A stretch of 64,000 nt of DNA from an uncultured bacterium (GCA_965368975.1 CBDUPA010000001.1:64001-128000), one strand, 5' to 3'. Counted from the first letter of the stretch, positions 31,501-42,534 are shown. Program-made: numbers and translations. Notes: generated from the sequence alone by a model not told the origin.

Positions 31501-34121
31501 GTCTGGAGGTCAGCGCCGTTGAAGTCGAGGAGAGCACCAACTATCCGCTGGCCCTGTTCGTTTTCCCCGGCTCGCGCCTGAGCGTGCGCCTGGTCTACGA
31601 GCGCGCCACCTACGACGCTGGAAGCATGCAGTTGCTGGCTGAACAGTTGGTGCGACAACTCGAACGCTGTGCTCTGTCGCCACGGGCCAGCCTGGCCGAG
31701 TTGCTGGCACCGCTGTCCGACGAGCGGCGGCGCGTGGTGCGGGACTGGAACCGCACCGAGACCCCATTCGACTATCACGGGGACCTGGTCGACCTGATCG
31801 ACCAGCAGGCGCAGACGCGGCCGGATGCGCTGGCTGTGCTCAGCGCCGAAGCCTCGGTGGCCGGTCCTGCCACCGGTGATCCGAGTCAGGCTCTCAGCTA
31901 CGCGCGCCTGGTGCGCTGGAGCCGCCAGCTGGCAGCCGGTTTGCACCACGAGTTGCAAGACCGTGGCGAGGGCGAGCGGGAGCCGGTGGTCGGCATCTGG
32001 TTGGAGCGCCGGCCCGAAGTGCTGCCTGTGTTGCTGGCCGCGCTGCGTGCGGGGATCGCCTATCTGCCGCTGGACCCCGACTGGCCGGTGCAGCGGGTGC
32101 AAGAGATCCTCGCCGACGCGGGAGCCAGCCTATTGCTGACCAGCCGCCAGCGGCTCGCCCAGCTCGACCTGCCGGAGTCTGTACGACCGGTGGTTCTGGA
32201 GTCGACCCAGGAGGCGGGTGCTGGTTGGTCGCTGCTCGAGGCACAAGGGAGCACGCGGCGGCTCGAGATCGTCGCCGGTGAGCCCAGCTACGAGCGTCCC
32301 GACCCCGCGAGCCTGGCCTACATCATCTACACCTCCGGCACCACCGGCCGGCCGCGCGGCGTCATGGTGCACCGCGGTGCGCTCGACAACTTCGTGCGCG
32401 ACGCGGCCAATGCTTTTGACGTGGGCCCGCAGGACCGAGTGCTGCAGTTCGCCTCGCTGGCGTTCGACGCGTCGGTGGAAGAGATCTTCCCGGCACTCAT
32501 TCGCGGGTCCACACTGAGCCTGCGCGACGACGCCATGCTGGAGTCGCCGGCTGCCTTCCACGAGGCTTGCTACCGGCGCCACATTACCGTGCTCGACTTG
32601 CCGACCGCCTGGTGGCACCGGCTGGTGGCCGCGGACCGCGGTCGTGTACCGGTGCCGAGCTGCGTGCGCCTGATCATCCTGGGCGGCGAGCGGGCGCGGC
32701 CCGAACACGTCTTGTCCTGGCGCCGGCACGTCGGGGAGCGTGTGCGCCTGGTCAATACCTATGGGCCGACCGAGGCGACGGTCGTGGCGACGCGCGCTGA
32801 ACTGACCGCCGCCGACGATGTCAGTGGCGCTGCCAGCGACGAACTGGCGGCTGGCGGCGAGGTGCCGATCGGCCGGCCGATCGCCAACGTGTGCGCCTAC
32901 GTCCTCGACGCCGGGTTGCAGCCGCAGGAAGTCGGCATGCCGGGCGAGCTGTGCCTGGGCGGGGCCGGTGTCGCCCGCGGCTATCTGGGCTTGGCGAGCC
33001 GCACGGCGACATCATTCTTGCCTGACCCGTTCGCGGCCGAGATCGAAGAGGACAGCATCGGTTCTGCGTCCGGCGTCCTGACGGGAGCCGGCCTGGCCAT
33101 CGGTGCCCGCCTGTATCGCACCGGCGATCTGGTGCGATGGCAACCGTCGGGGCAGCTGGAGTTCCTCGGTCGCCTGGACCAGCAGATCAAGGTGCGCGGC
33201 TACCGTATCGAGCCGGACGAAGTTTCTCTGCGCCTGGAGATGCACCCGCAGGTGCACGAAGCCGCTGTCGTCGCCTTGCCCGATCCGCTGGCCGACAGCC
33301 CGGGCGAAGCACGGCTGGTGGCCTATGTCGTGTTCGCGTCGCAGGGCGCGACAGGCGAGCCAGCTTCGGACGGTCTCGACGAAGGGCGCTTGCGCACCTG
33401 GCTGCGCACGCAGCTGCCGGCCTACATGGAACCGGCCAGCTTCGTCGAGTTGGCGCAGCTGCCGCGCACCGCCGGAGGCAAGGTCGACCAGCGCGCGCTG
33501 CCAGCGCCGGACGAAGAGCCGGGAGAGCGCGGCAACTACGTGGCGCCGCGCAACGAGACGGAAGAAGCGGTCGCCGCCATCTTCTCGATGGTGCTGGGTG
33601 TCGAGCGTGTCGGCGCCTTTGACGACTTCTTCGCCCTCGGGGGCCACTCTCTGCTCGCCACCCAGCTGGTGGCGCAGGTCCGTGACGCCTTCGAGGTCGA
33701 CTTGCCGCTACGCCTGATGTTCGAGGCGCCGACCGTCGCGCGTTTGGCCGCCGAGATCGCCAGCCTGATCCTCGAGCAGTTGGAGCAGATGGACCTCGAG
33801 GAGCTGGAGCTGGACGCTTCTCCGGCCGAAGAGCCGTTGGCCGCCGAGCCGTCCGCTGACGAGCCGTTCGCTGACGAGCCGTCCGCTGAAGAGCCGTTCG
33901 CTGAAGAGTCCTTGATGGACGAGCCGCTGGCCGCCGAGACCCGCGGCGAGTCGGCTGTGGAGACACCCGCGGTGGACGACGCGGATTCCGCCCAAGTCGA
34001 CCTCTCGCAGCTGGAGCTCGCAGACCTGGATCTGTCGCAAGTAGACCTGGATCAGCTCGACGAAGACGAGCTGGCCGCCCTGGAAGAAGCTTTGCAGGAC
34101 GAACTGCAGGACGAACTATGA
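25596..34121 (+). CDS. NRPS: interface-type C (I)-A(Ser)-PCP-E-C-A(Lys/Orn/Arg-like)-PCP + acidic tail
   Basis: N-terminal EGFRLSPQQ and LPALCAD replace HHxxxDG. A1 ~DVWHVSLVDK; PCP GGDSI; E domain HHLVVDGLSW/EGHGR/SRTVGWFT/FNYLG; C HHLVLDGWS; A2 ~DAEDIGTVVK; PCP GGHSL. Start ATG 25596 or 25605. Confidence 0.9.
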   Translation: MDVMGQGNEVEIEGFRLSPQQEQVWRLQRGGSLAHQAWLGVRLLGDLDLDVLEAALVEVTQRHESLRSSFLEIPHLPFPLQVVHEEAPQRWRLLDLSLVDRYQQDLEVEALLEQETTRSWRLVSRQLMRITLVRLGIAEHLLLLHLPALCADYHTLETLMAELATCYQPHEEVAAYARPMPYTQFAEWQKQLLELDEASEERQFWAQKDLEGFGSLRLPFEHRRPLEAPFLPRHLRWALSPTTLYEIGAFLGADSHATGAFAFSTWLILLGRLCDQSRVGVAYRSNGRAYEDLEQTLGLFEKYLPVQEQLHDERSFLDLLHQVQATLQEVEDWQEYFEWSQVFDQDLAPFCFELRHWPRKLESADIEFEAARLYACSHRFKLKLSCVVSHDGLSFELHYDPEVYRRRDIQRLADEYETLLRSAGSDPGRPLRQLELLSQGERQALLREFTGKDAAGYARRPLHEWIQETVHQYPERTAVVCGHYAVSFRELEQRANRLAHLLQHLGAGPEVLVGISMERSAELVVGLLAILKAGAVYVPLDPEYPRQRLEFMLQDSRVPILLTQERLAVSLPSRRTTLVLVGTDGTAQALDRRSEDGLVPVPPPDPGDEQAPDVDLRGDAGAYAIYTSGSTGQPKAALISHGAIVNRLQWMQEAFHLDVDDTVIQKTPFSFDVSVWEFFWPLMTGARLVLARPGGHRDAAYLVRLVRRQAVSVVHFVPSMLQFFVGEAGVAHCDTLRLVVCSGEPLPPDLEQRTLQSLQADLYNLYGPTEAAVDVTSWRCVGEDGEGDSVPIGRPITNIRILLLDEELQPVPVGVPGELYIAGAGLGRGYLGRPALTAQAFVPDPFSTSLGDRMYRTGDLARGRSDGAIDFLGRTDAQVKIRGFRVEPGEIEAVLSLHEGLRQCAVVPREDLPGDLRLVAYYVPSDSPSAASMPGEAGSEPVTPQSLRAWLSRQVPEYLVPAAFVPLPQLPLTPSGKLDRKSLPAPERALGRSAAPPRDATEELMVEVWCKVLGLDTVGIHDDFLELGGDSILSLQIVAAANQAGLSLVPAHLFQHRTIATLAEVAGSAAIVQAEQEPVAGPVPLTPIQRWFFERHTRRPEHWNQSLQLVPRHRLESVLLSAAVSRLEVLHDALRLRFEHDSHGWHQRCLTLDEAAAEGDRVLAVDLSTLPPADRPAALAATAARLQASLALGGGPLLRLALIELGQPDGVDAEAVHPEGAHPEGADPEGLYGQRLLIILHHLVVDGLSWRVLLSDLEQLYAALEAGETPQMPAKTASYRQWSEALALRAQEPSVAGELEYWLALPWDDIVPLPLDAFVDGELLATGPADVEELAQCNTVESAETLILEFSAEDTHSLLTAVPRAYRTEIDDVLITALARTLSRWTGSTSLLFDHEGHGRGALGDALDVSRTVGWFTSLFPVVLDFAQGSDPGAALVSVKEQLRRLPEGGSGYGMLRYLDSQGDAALRLRQLPAAQVLFNYLGQVDRGRDEDSQWQPLLADTLTLGERAPEGRRSHPLEVDALVREGRLRVRWTYSKNLHRPETIARVAEFFDTALTSLIRHCLEPERGGYTASDFAAADLPAPQLDALLAELGGGAVVEDIYPLATSQEGMLVYLLLQGEHTEVFTNQLHCRLSGPLDLAAFQRAWQQTVDRHAALRTLFRWEGLEHPIQVVRDRAEPEWQIEDWRQVPPAEQRYRLDRFLEDDRARSFDLRRAPLLRLTLLHTGEQVYHFVWTYHHLVLDGWSLSMLLKEVFELYRAASIGRQAQLLAAQPYGDYVRHVRGQDPAAEEAFWRQALAGLQAPPPLRIERHGSALPEGEREHGSADVQLSEEATSALQAAARRQRLTLNTLFQGAWALLLHRYSGSRDVVFGAVVSGRQIGFQSVVGLFINALPVRLHVDPEMQLAPWLEELQSQQVEQRDFEHVPLEQIQRWSGLPRDTALFDSLVVFENYPVDDSLQEGAGDPGAGRLEVSAVEVEESTNYPLALFVFPGSRLSVRLVYERATYDAGSMQLLAEQLVRQLERCALSPRASLAELLAPLSDERRRVVRDWNRTETPFDYHGDLVDLIDQQAQTRPDALAVLSAEASVAGPATGDPSQALSYARLVRWSRQLAAGLHHELQDRGEGEREPVVGIWLERRPEVLPVLLAALRAGIAYLPLDPDWPVQRVQEILADAGASLLLTSRQRLAQLDLPESVRPVVLESTQEAGAGWSLLEAQGSTRRLEIVAGEPSYERPDPASLAYIIYTSGTTGRPRGVMVHRGALDNFVRDAANAFDVGPQDRVLQFASLAFDASVEEIFPALIRGSTLSLRDDAMLESPAAFHEACYRRHITVLDLPTAWWHRLVAADRGRVPVPSCVRLIILGGERARPEHVLSWRRHVGERVRLVNTYGPTEATVVATRAELTAADDVSGAASDELAAGGEVPIGRPIANVCAYVLDAGLQPQEVGMPGELCLGGAGVARGYLGLASRTATSFLPDPFAAEIEEDSIGSASGVLTGAGLAIGARLYRTGDLVRWQPSGQLEFLGRLDQQIKVRGYRIEPDEVSLRLEMHPQVHEAAVVALPDPLADSPGEARLVAYVVFASQGATGEPASDGLDEGRLRTWLRTQLPAYMEPASFVELAQLPRTAGGKVDQRALPAPDEEPGERGNYVAPRNETEEAVAAIFSMVLGVERVGAFDDFFALGGHSLLATQLVAQVRDAFEVDLPLRLMFEAPTVARLAAEIASLILEQLEQMDLEELELDASPAEEPLAAEPSADEPFADEPSAEEPFAEESLMDEPLAAETRGESAVETPAVDDADSAQVDLSQLELADLDLSQVDLDQLDEDELAALEEALQDELQDEL
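33828..33932 (+). repeat. Coding 15-nt tandem repeat x7 in the acidic NRPS tail
   Basis: EEPLA AEPSA DEPFA DEPSA EEPFA EESLM DEPLA; unit GAxGAGCCGTxCGCT. Confidence 0.8.
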
Positions 34122-34179
34122 GCCGATCCAGACTCGATGATGTGAGATGCAACCCGCAGACGAAGAAGGAACTGGTGCA

Positions 34180-37100
34180 ATGAGCCGAAACATGGAAGCA
34201 TTTTCTGATCTGGTCAGTCTGGGGCGTCATCGGGCCCAGCATCAGGCAGATCGCAAGGCCTATACATTCCTGGTCGACGGCGACGAAGAAGGTGCGTCGT
34301 ACGACTACGCCCAGCTCGACCTGCGCGCGCGGGCCATCGCCGCCCGTCTGCAGCAGATCGCCGAGCCGGGCGCCCGCGTGCTGTTGCTCTATCCGCCGGG
34401 TCTCGAAGTGCTGGCCGGCTTCTTGGGTTGCTTGTACGCCGGACTCGTTGCCATTCCGGCACCGCCACCCGACGGCGCGCGCCTGAAGCGCTCCTTACCG
34501 CGTCTGCAGTCGATCGTCGACGATTCCGGGGCCAGCATCCTGTGTACCACTGGCAACATCGACGAGCTGATCGACAAGCTCGGCGATCGCGTGCCGCAGT
34601 TCCAGCGCATGCAGCGCCTGGATACCGAAGCCCTGCCCAGCAGCCTGGCCGAAGCCTGGCGCATGCCCGACCTGCGTCCTGACTCCCTCGCCTACTTGCA
34701 GTACACCTCCGGCTCGACCTCCGCCGCCAAGGGTGTGATGATCAGCCATCGCAACGTGATGGCCAACCTGGCCTACAACCGCCAGCAGTGGCAGTACGAC
34801 GACAACAGCGTGGCGGTGACCTGGATGCCCTACTTTCACGACTACGGGCTGGTCGAGGGCTTACTACAGCCGCTGTTCTCGGGCATCCCCAGCTACGTCA
34901 TGTCGCCGCTCGCCTTCCTACGCCGGCCGCTGCGCTGGCTGGGTGCGATCGCCAAGTATCGCGCGACGCACAGCGCGGCGCCCAACTTCGGCTACGACCA
35001 CTGCGTGCAGCGCGCCAACGTCAAAGCCCTGGCCGGACTCGACCTGTCCAGCTGGCGCGTCGCCAGCACCGGTGCCGAGATGGTGCGCATCGCGACGCTA
35101 GAGCGCTTCGCCGACACCTTCAGCGTCTACGGTTTCCGCCCCGAAGCCTTCTTCCCCTCCTTCGGTCTCGCCGAGGCGACGTTGCTGTGCACCACCAAGC
35201 ACCGGCCCGAGCTGCCGCCGGCCTGCTTGCGCGTGCGCGCCCGGGCGCTCGAGCAGGGCTGGGTGGTGGCGGCTGGCGATAGTGACGAGCAGGCGTCGAG
35301 CGTGACGCTGGTCGGCTGTGGCACAGTCGGGCCCGGCGGGCTGCACGGCAGCGCGCGCATCGCCATCGTCGATCCCGAGACGCGCCGCCGCCGTTCAGCC
35401 GACGAGGTGGGCGAGATCTGGATCGGCGGTCCGTTCATCGCCGAGGGCTACTGGCAGAAGCCCGACCTGTCCGAGGAGACCTTCCGCGCCCGCCTGGCCG
35501 ACGATCCCGACGCTGGCACCTTCCTGCGCACCGGAGATCTCGGCTTTCTGCGCGACGACGAGCTGTACATTGTCAGCCGCATCAAGGACATGATCGTCAT
35601 CCGCGGCTACAACCACTATCCGCAGGACATCGAGGTGACGGTCGAGAATGCGCATCCGCTGCTGCGCACCAACTGCTCCGCCGTGTTCTCGGTCGAAGCC
35701 GATGGCGAGGAGCGCTTGGTGGTCGCCGCCGAGGTCGAACGCGGCTTCCGAGCCCAGCAGCTCGACGAGCTTGCCGACGCCATCCGCCAGGCGGTGCTGG
35801 AGAGCCACGAGTTGCAGGTCTATGCTCTGCGCCTGCTGCGGCGCGGCACGGTGCCCAAGACCTCCTCGGGCAAGGTGCAACGGCGCGCTGCCAAGGACGC
35901 CTTCCAGAAGGGCACGCTGGACGTGGTCGCCGAACTGACCGAGCGGGCCACCGAGGTGCGCTTCCCGACCGGCGATCTGACCGCCACCGGACCGTCCGAG
36001 AACTACACGACGCTGGTCGAACTGCTGCAGTACCAGGCGCGCCGCCATCCCGACCGCGTCGCCTACACGTTCCTCGAAGACGGCGAGCGCGAGGGCGACC
36101 GCATCACCTATGGCGAGCTCGACCGCGATGCCCGCTCGCTGGCGGCGTTGCTGCAGCAATTGGGGCAGCCGGGTGAGCGCGCGCTGCTGGTCTATCCCAA
36201 CGGTATCGAGTTCCTGGTCGCCTTCTTCGGTAGCCTCTATGCCGGCTTCACCGCCGTGCCGGCGCCGCCCCCCGAGGGCATCCGCCTGCAGCGCACGCTG
36301 CCGCGCCTGGAGGCGATCGCCAAGAACGCCGAACCGGTGGTCGTGCTGACCACTGCCCGCATCCTGGGCATGATCGACCAGTTCCTGGCCCACTCGCCGG
36401 CGCTCGAATCGGCGCGCTGGATCGCCACCAACTCGCTGGAAGCCGATCTGTCCAGCCAGTGGCAAGATCTGCGCGTGCGGCCAAGCAATCTGGCGGTGCT
36501 GCAGTACACGTCCGGCTCTACCGGCACGCCGCGCGGTGTCATGGTCAGCCACCGCAAGATCTTGCGCCACTGTGCCTTCATCGCCAGCGGCCTGGGCTAC
36601 GACGAAACCAGCGTCGAGTTGACCTGGGTCCCCAACTTCCACGACTACGGCCTGATGGAAGGCCTGCTGCAGCCCATGTACCAGGGCAGCCAGGGCCTCA
36701 TCATGGCGCCGCAGGACTTCATCCAGCACCCCGATCGCTGGCTGCGCGCGCTCAGCAAATTCCGCGTCACAAATAGTGGCGGCCCCAACTTCGCCTACGA
36801 GCTGGCGCTGGCCAGGACGCGTCCCGAGCAGCTCGAAGGCATCGACCTGAGCGGCATTCGCTCGCTGATCAACGCCGCCGAGCCGGTGCATGCCGAAACG
36901 ATGAAGAGGTTCTACGAGCGCTTCAAGGACCACGGCCTGCGCTGGCAGGCGCTGTTCCCGGCCTTCGGTCTGGCCGAGGCGACACTGGTGGTGACCGGCA
37001 AGGGACCGCAGGCCGATGGCCCGATCTTGACCCACGTCGAAGTCGAGCCCCTGGAGAAGGAAGGGCGCATCGTCGAGGCCGACGAGCCGAGCGACAGCAC

Positions 37101-40100
37101 GCGCACCTTCGTTGGCTGCGGCCGGCCGGTGCTCAACACCAAGGTGGTGATCGTCGACGCCGAGACGCAGACGCGCCGCGGTGACGACCGTGTAGGCGAG
37201 ATCTGGGTTTCGTCGTCGTCGATCCCGCGCGGCTACTGGCGCAATGCGGGAGCCACCGCCGAGACCTTCCAGGCCTACCTGGAGGACACCGGCGAAGGGC
37301 CGTTCCTGCGCACCGGCGACCTCGGTTTTCTGCGCCATGGAGAGCTGCACATCACCGGCCGTCTCAAGGATCTGATCATCATCCGCGGCCAGAACTACTA
37401 TCCGTCGGACATCGAGTGGACGCTCGAACACAGCCACCAGAACCTGCGGCCCGGCTGCTCGGCGGCCTTCTCGGTCGAGGCCGGCGGCGAGGAGCGCCTG
37501 GTGGTGATGGCCGAGGTGCGGCGCTGGCAGGAAGAGAGCGGCGAGCGCGTCGATCTCGATCCAGTGATCCAGGCGATTCGCGAAGAGGTGGTGGCGACCC
37601 ACGGCGTCGAGGTGTTCGCGGTCGAGCTGATCAAGGCGCGTGAGCTGATCAAGACATCGAGCGGCAAGATCGCCCGCGCCGCCTGCAAGCGCGCCTTCCT
37701 GGAAGGCACTGCCGACATGGTGCAGCGCTGGACGCAGGCTTTCGAGAGCGTCCGCCGGCAGAGCCAGGAAGAGCAGCGCGAACTGCTGCAGCGCCTGGAA
37801 CAGGCCGCCGCCGACGACGCCGCGCGCGCCGAGGCGAGCCAGCCGGCGAGTGGCAGCGAGGCCCAGATCCGCGCCTGGCTGGTGCAGCGCCTGGCGGCCC
37901 TGCTGCAGGTCGACGCCGCGGCGATCGACGTCACCGCGCCGTTCGCACGCTACGGCATGGACTCGGCGCGCTCGGTCAGCCTCTCCGGTGAGCTCGAAGA
38001 CTGGCTGAGCCGGCGCCTGCCGACCACCTTGCTGTACCAGTATCCGACGGTCGAGGCGCTGAGCCGCCACCTGGCTGGTGGCGACGCGGTGACTGCCGCC
38101 GCCAGCCGCGTCGCGGTGCGGGCCTCGCAGCACGAGCCGGTGGCCATCGTCGGCGTCGGCTGTCGCTTCCCCGGAGCCACCGGGCCAGACGCCTACTGGC
38201 GCCTGCTGTCCGAGGGCGTCGATGCGATCTCCGAGGTGCCGGCCGAGCGCTGGGACCTGGAGCGCCTCTACAACGCCGACCTGCAACCCGGCAAGATGAC
38301 CACCCGCTGGGGCGGGTTCCTCGACGATGTCGCCGGCTTCGACGCCTACTTCTTCGGCATCTCACCGCGCGAGGCGGTGCGCGTCGATCCGCAGCAGCGC
38401 TTGCTCCTGGAGGTCGCCTGGGAAGCGCTGGAGAACGCCGGCCTGGCCGCGGACCGCCTGGCCGGCAGCGACGCCAGCGTCTTCGTCGGCATCTCGCTCT
38501 CGGACTACGGCCTGCTACAACTGTCCGCCGGCCGCGATCGTCTGAACGCCTACACCGGCACCGGCACCGCGTTGTCGATCGCCGCGAACCGTCTCTCCTA
38601 CCAGCTCGACTTCCATGGTCCCAGTGTCGCCATCGATACCGCCTGCTCGTCGTCGCTGGTCGCGGTCCACCAGGCGGTGCAGGCACTGCGTCGCGGCGAG
38701 ACCAGCCTGGCGCTGGCCGGCGGCGTCAACCTGATGCTGTTGCCGGAGTGGCACATCACCTTCTCGCAGGCACAGATGATGGCTGCCGACGGCCGCTGCA
38801 AGACCTTCGACGCCAGCGCCGATGGCTATGTGCGCGGCGAAGGTTGCGGCCTGGTGGTGCTCAAGCGCCTGTCCGACGCGCACCGCGATGGCGACCCGAT
38901 CCTGGCTGTCGTTGCCGGTTCGGCGGTCAACCAGGACGGCCGTAGCAACGGCCTGTCGGCACCCAACGGCCTGGCGCAGCAGCAAGTCGTGCTGCAGGCG
39001 CTGCAAGACGCGCGGGTGAAGCCGGCGGATATCGACTACGTCGAGGCCCACGGCACCGGTACCGCGCTCGGTGATCCGATCGAAGTGCAGGCCCTGGGAG
39101 CCGTGCTGAGCGACGAACGCAGCCCTGAGCGTCCGGTCCTGCTCGGCTCGGCCAAGACCAACATTGGCCATCTCGAATCGGCTGCCGGCATTGCCGGTCT
39201 GATCAAGGTCGTGCTGTCACTGCAGCACCAGAAGCTGCCGCCGCACCTGCACTTCCGCCAACCCAACCCACACATTCCGTGGGATGATCTGCCGGTGCGC
39301 GTCACCGCCAGCGGCAGCGGCTGGACGCGCGGCGAGCGTCGCCGGGTGGCCGGCGTCAGCTCCTTTGGCTTCGGCGGCACCAACAGTCACGTCATCGTCG
39401 CCGAGGCTCCGGCGTCGGACGCCCGCGCGCAGACCCCGTCCTCGAGTCCGCGACCGCTGCAACTGCTGTGCCTGTCGGCACGCAGTGAAGGCGCCCTGCG
39501 CAAGCTCGCCGAGCGCTACGGCCGCTGGCTCGACGGCCATCCCGAGGCGTCGCTGGTCGACGTGTGCTACACGGCGCACACCGGCCGCGCGGCGCTGCCG
39601 TACCGCCTGGCGGTGACCGCAGCCGATGCGGCCTCGATGGCGGCGCAGCTGCGTGCTTTCGCCGACGCCAGCTCCGATCCGGAGCTGACCGCTGGCGTGC
39701 AGTTCGCCGGGCCGGCACCGCAGGAAGCGCCGAAAGTCGGCTTCCTGCTCAGCGGCCAGGGCAGTCAGTACGCCGGCATGGGCGCGCAGCTCTACGCCAC
39801 GCAGGCGGATTTCCGCGCCGCCTTCGACCAGGCGGCCGAGCTGCTCGGTCAGGCGATGTCGCTGCCGCGCTCGCTCGCCGACGTGGTCTTTGATCGCGGC
39901 GGCAACCCGAACGAGAGCGGCCAGTTGGTGACCACGGCCAACACCGACTTGCTGGCGCGCACCGACGTGACGCAGCCCGCCTTGTTCGCCCTCGAATGGG
40001 CGCTGGCCAAGCTCTGGGCGTCGTGGGGTATCGAGCCGGACGCGTTGCTCGGTCACAGCGTTGGTGAGTACGTCGGTGCCAGCCTGGCCGGCGCGCTGCC

Positions 40101-42486
40101 GATCGACGATGCGCTACCGCTGATCGCAACCCGTGGACGCCTGTTCGGGGCACTGCCGGCCGGCGGCGCGATGGCCGCCGCCTTCGCCTCCGAGGCGCAG
40201 GTGAAGCCGGTCGTCGAAGTCTACGGAGAGCGGCTGGCGATTGCCGCGGTCAATGGTCCGGCCAGCGTCACCATCTCGGGGCATGCCGACGCGGTGACCC
40301 AGGCGCGCCAGCAGTTGGAAGCGGCCGGCATCGAGACGCGGCCGATGAGCGTCTCGCACGCCTTCCACTCGGTGCTGCTCGAACCGGCGCTCGACGACTT
40401 CGAACAAGCGGCGCGCCGCCTGCGCGTGACGCCGCCCAATCGCCTGCTGGTGTCCAACGTCAGTGGTGACGTCTTCGGCGCTGGCGAGCTGCCCGATGCC
40501 GCCTACTGGCGTCGCCATGCCCGCTCGCCGGTGCGCTTCGCCGATGGCGTTGCGACACTGCGCCGCCTGGGCTGCGACGTGCTGCTGGAAGTCGGTCCGC
40601 ACCCGGCGCTGGCGGGCATGGCCAAGCGCTGCTTGCAGGCGGGTGAGGCCGTTCTACTCCCTAGCCTCAAGCGCAAGCAGGACGACTGGCAGATCGTGCT
40701 GCGCAGCCTCGGCGCGCTCTTCCTGCACGGTGTCGAGATCGACTGGCAAGGCTTCCATCGCCACGACCAGGCGCGCCGCATCGCGCTGCCGACCTATGCC
40801 TTCGAGCACCAGCGCTACTGGCTCGAAGCGCTGCCCGCCAACGCCTTCGAGGCGCGTCGCGAAGCCGCCGCGGCAGCCACCGGCAGCGGTTCGACGGTGA
40901 CCGACGCGGCGGCGGCGGTGCGCGCCGAGAGCGCGGCCATGGGTGCCCCGATGCAGGTACCGATGCAGGGCACCGCGGTCCAAGAAGTCGCGGCGGCCGA
41001 CGCCAAGCTCGAGCTGGCGCCCGAGGACGACGTGCTGCGGCGTTACTACCAGAGCCTGTCCGCCAGCTCGACCTACAGCGGGGAAGAAGGCGAGGCCGAG
41101 GCCTACCTGCACTTCGCCCCCTTCCTGGAGCCGGATCCCAACTTCTCGTGGACGGTGGTGCTGGCCGAGCCCGACAAGCACCCGATCGACGCCCAGCGGG
41201 TACGCGACAACGATGAAGAGATGCGGCGCGTGATGTTCTGCGGCGTCGACTTCTCGCGCGTGCGCCGGGTGCTCGACTTCGGCTGCGGCTACGGCACCGA
41301 CCTGATCGACCTGGCCAAGCAGCACGCGCACCTGCACCTCGACGGCTTCACCATCTCGCCCGAGCAGGTGGCCATCGGTCGCCGTCGCGCCGAGCGCATG
41401 GGCTTCTCCGATCGCCTGCGCTTCTTCAACTGCGACAGCACCAAGGACGAGTTCCCGGAGAGCTACCAGCTGATCCTCGGCTCGCAGGTGCTGCACCACA
41501 TCCGTGAAAAGCAGAAGGCGCTGGCCAACATCAGCCGTCACCTGGAGCCGGGCGGCCTGCTGGTGCTCGCCGAAGTGCTGTCGAACGTCGAAGGCTCGAT
41601 CGATCACGACGAGTCCTCGGCCCACTTCACGCCGCTGTCGCAGTGGGCCGAGCAACTCGCCGACCACGGCTTGCGCCTGCTCGAAGGTGTCGACGTGTCG
41701 CGCGAGATCGGCATCTTCCTTGACGATCCGCGCTTCGACGAGCACATGCAGCGCTATGCCGCCGAGGGCATGGAAGAGATGAAGATGGCTCACCTGGAAG
41801 GGCCGCAGCATCTCGGCAAGCTGCTGCGCAAGGGCCTGGCGCTGTATGGCCTGCTGACAGCGCAGCGCGATCCCTTCCTCGATCGCGACACCTTGCTGCG
41901 TCTCAACCGCGAAGCCTTCGCCCGCCTGGTGCCGTATCCGAAGGCGCTAGTCGACCTGGGAGCGGTGGCGCCCGAGCAGGCGGCAGCGGTGGTGCCAGCC
42001 GCCGCCCCGGTGGCGCGCGCCCCGGAGGTCGCGGCCATTCTCGACGCCACCGACGAGGACGAGCGGCGCACCCAGGTCGAAGGCTACCTGCGCACGCACG
42101 TCGCCCGAGTGCTGGAGCTGCCGCCATCGCAGGTCGAGGTGGCGACGCCGTTCACTCAGCTTGGCCTCGACTCGCTGATGGGCCTGGAACTGAAGAAGGC
42201 GATCGAGAGCGACTTCAACGTCGTCATCCCGGTGGTCAAGTTCTTCGAGGGGGTCGGCGTGCGGCAGCTGACGGACGAGCTGACCCGCCAGCTCGGTGAA
42301 GCCGCCCAGGCTCCCGCGGCCCCGGACGCCGGTGCGCTCGACGCGTCGCTCGAGGGGCAGCTTGGAGGTCAACTCGGTGGGCATCTCGATGCCCGCTCCG
42401 CCGAGAACCTGGCGGCACGGGTCGACCAGCTGAGCGACGAGCAGGTCGAAGCCCTGCTGGGCCAGCTGGCGAAGGAAAACAACTAG
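34180..42486 (+). CDS. Starter PKS: FAAL-FAAL-ACP-KS-AT(malonyl)-MT-ACP
   Basis: Two complete FAALs (LQYTSGST...HDYGL...KTSSGK twice); ACP GMDS; KS DTACSSS/HGTGT/GHLE; AT GHSVG/HAFHS; SAM motif VLDFGCGYG; ACP GLDSL; ends [10 protein letters not shown]. No KR or DH. Alternative start 34147. Confidence 0.9.
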   Translation: MSRNMEAFSDLVSLGRHRAQHQADRKAYTFLVDGDEEGASYDYAQLDLRARAIAARLQQIAEPGARVLLLYPPGLEVLAGFLGCLYAGLVAIPAPPPDGARLKRSLPRLQSIVDDSGASILCTTGNIDELIDKLGDRVPQFQRMQRLDTEALPSSLAEAWRMPDLRPDSLAYLQYTSGSTSAAKGVMISHRNVMANLAYNRQQWQYDDNSVAVTWMPYFHDYGLVEGLLQPLFSGIPSYVMSPLAFLRRPLRWLGAIAKYRATHSAAPNFGYDHCVQRANVKALAGLDLSSWRVASTGAEMVRIATLERFADTFSVYGFRPEAFFPSFGLAEATLLCTTKHRPELPPACLRVRARALEQGWVVAAGDSDEQASSVTLVGCGTVGPGGLHGSARIAIVDPETRRRRSADEVGEIWIGGPFIAEGYWQKPDLSEETFRARLADDPDAGTFLRTGDLGFLRDDELYIVSRIKDMIVIRGYNHYPQDIEVTVENAHPLLRTNCSAVFSVEADGEERLVVAAEVERGFRAQQLDELADAIRQAVLESHELQVYALRLLRRGTVPKTSSGKVQRRAAKDAFQKGTLDVVAELTERATEVRFPTGDLTATGPSENYTTLVELLQYQARRHPDRVAYTFLEDGEREGDRITYGELDRDARSLAALLQQLGQPGERALLVYPNGIEFLVAFFGSLYAGFTAVPAPPPEGIRLQRTLPRLEAIAKNAEPVVVLTTARILGMIDQFLAHSPALESARWIATNSLEADLSSQWQDLRVRPSNLAVLQYTSGSTGTPRGVMVSHRKILRHCAFIASGLGYDETSVELTWVPNFHDYGLMEGLLQPMYQGSQGLIMAPQDFIQHPDRWLRALSKFRVTNSGGPNFAYELALARTRPEQLEGIDLSGIRSLINAAEPVHAETMKRFYERFKDHGLRWQALFPAFGLAEATLVVTGKGPQADGPILTHVEVEPLEKEGRIVEADEPSDSTRTFVGCGRPVLNTKVVIVDAETQTRRGDDRVGEIWVSSSSIPRGYWRNAGATAETFQAYLEDTGEGPFLRTGDLGFLRHGELHITGRLKDLIIIRGQNYYPSDIEWTLEHSHQNLRPGCSAAFSVEAGGEERLVVMAEVRRWQEESGERVDLDPVIQAIREEVVATHGVEVFAVELIKARELIKTSSGKIARAACKRAFLEGTADMVQRWTQAFESVRRQSQEEQRELLQRLEQAAADDAARAEASQPASGSEAQIRAWLVQRLAALLQVDAAAIDVTAPFARYGMDSARSVSLSGELEDWLSRRLPTTLLYQYPTVEALSRHLAGGDAVTAAASRVAVRASQHEPVAIVGVGCRFPGATGPDAYWRLLSEGVDAISEVPAERWDLERLYNADLQPGKMTTRWGGFLDDVAGFDAYFFGISPREAVRVDPQQRLLLEVAWEALENAGLAADRLAGSDASVFVGISLSDYGLLQLSAGRDRLNAYTGTGTALSIAANRLSYQLDFHGPSVAIDTACSSSLVAVHQAVQALRRGETSLALAGGVNLMLLPEWHITFSQAQMMAADGRCKTFDASADGYVRGEGCGLVVLKRLSDAHRDGDPILAVVAGSAVNQDGRSNGLSAPNGLAQQQVVLQALQDARVKPADIDYVEAHGTGTALGDPIEVQALGAVLSDERSPERPVLLGSAKTNIGHLESAAGIAGLIKVVLSLQHQKLPPHLHFRQPNPHIPWDDLPVRVTASGSGWTRGERRRVAGVSSFGFGGTNSHVIVAEAPASDARAQTPSSSPRPLQLLCLSARSEGALRKLAERYGRWLDGHPEASLVDVCYTAHTGRAALPYRLAVTAADAASMAAQLRAFADASSDPELTAGVQFAGPAPQEAPKVGFLLSGQGSQYAGMGAQLYATQADFRAAFDQAAELLGQAMSLPRSLADVVFDRGGNPNESGQLVTTANTDLLARTDVTQPALFALEWALAKLWASWGIEPDALLGHSVGEYVGASLAGALPIDDALPLIATRGRLFGALPAGGAMAAAFASEAQVKPVVEVYGERLAIAAVNGPASVTISGHADAVTQARQQLEAAGIETRPMSVSHAFHSVLLEPALDDFEQAARRLRVTPPNRLLVSNVSGDVFGAGELPDAAYWRRHARSPVRFADGVATLRRLGCDVLLEVGPHPALAGMAKRCLQAGEAVLLPSLKRKQDDWQIVLRSLGALFLHGVEIDWQGFHRHDQARRIALPTYAFEHQRYWLEALPANAFEARREAAAAATGSGSTVTDAAAAVRAESAAMGAPMQVPMQGTAVQEVAAADAKLELAPEDDVLRRYYQSLSASSTYSGEEGEAEAYLHFAPFLEPDPNFSWTVVLAEPDKHPIDAQRVRDNDEEMRRVMFCGVDFSRVRRVLDFGCGYGTDLIDLAKQHAHLHLDGFTISPEQVAIGRRRAERMGFSDRLRFFNCDSTKDEFPESYQLILGSQVLHHIREKQKALANISRHLEPGGLLVLAEVLSNVEGSIDHDESSAHFTPLSQWAEQLADHGLRLLEGVDVSREIGIFLDDPRFDEHMQRYAAEGMEEMKMAHLEGPQHLGKLLRKGLALYGLLTAQRDPFLDRDTLLRLNREAFARLVPYPKALVDLGAVAPEQAAAVVPAAAPVARAPEVAAILDATDEDERRTQVEGYLRTHVARVLELPPSQVEVATPFTQLGLDSLMGLELKKAIESDFNVVIPVVKFFEGVGVRQLTDELTRQLGEAAQAPAAPDAGALDASLEGQLGGQLGGHLDARSAENLAARVDQLSDEQVEALLGQLAKENN

Positions 42487-42534
42487 ATACACCGTCCGAT
42501 GCTTGATTTGTCCTGTCTTGGAGGAGGTAGACCC

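Noticed and set aside
33828-33932. CRISPR-like array
   Set aside because: Contiguous 15-nt coding repeats without spacers; no cas genes.
35395-38286. 963-aa antisense ORF and many other long shadow ORFs (e.g. 41947-43950, 45400-47082, 23741-25279)
   Set aside because: They lie opposite well-supported genes. Stop-poor antisense frames are expected at high GC and have no motifs.
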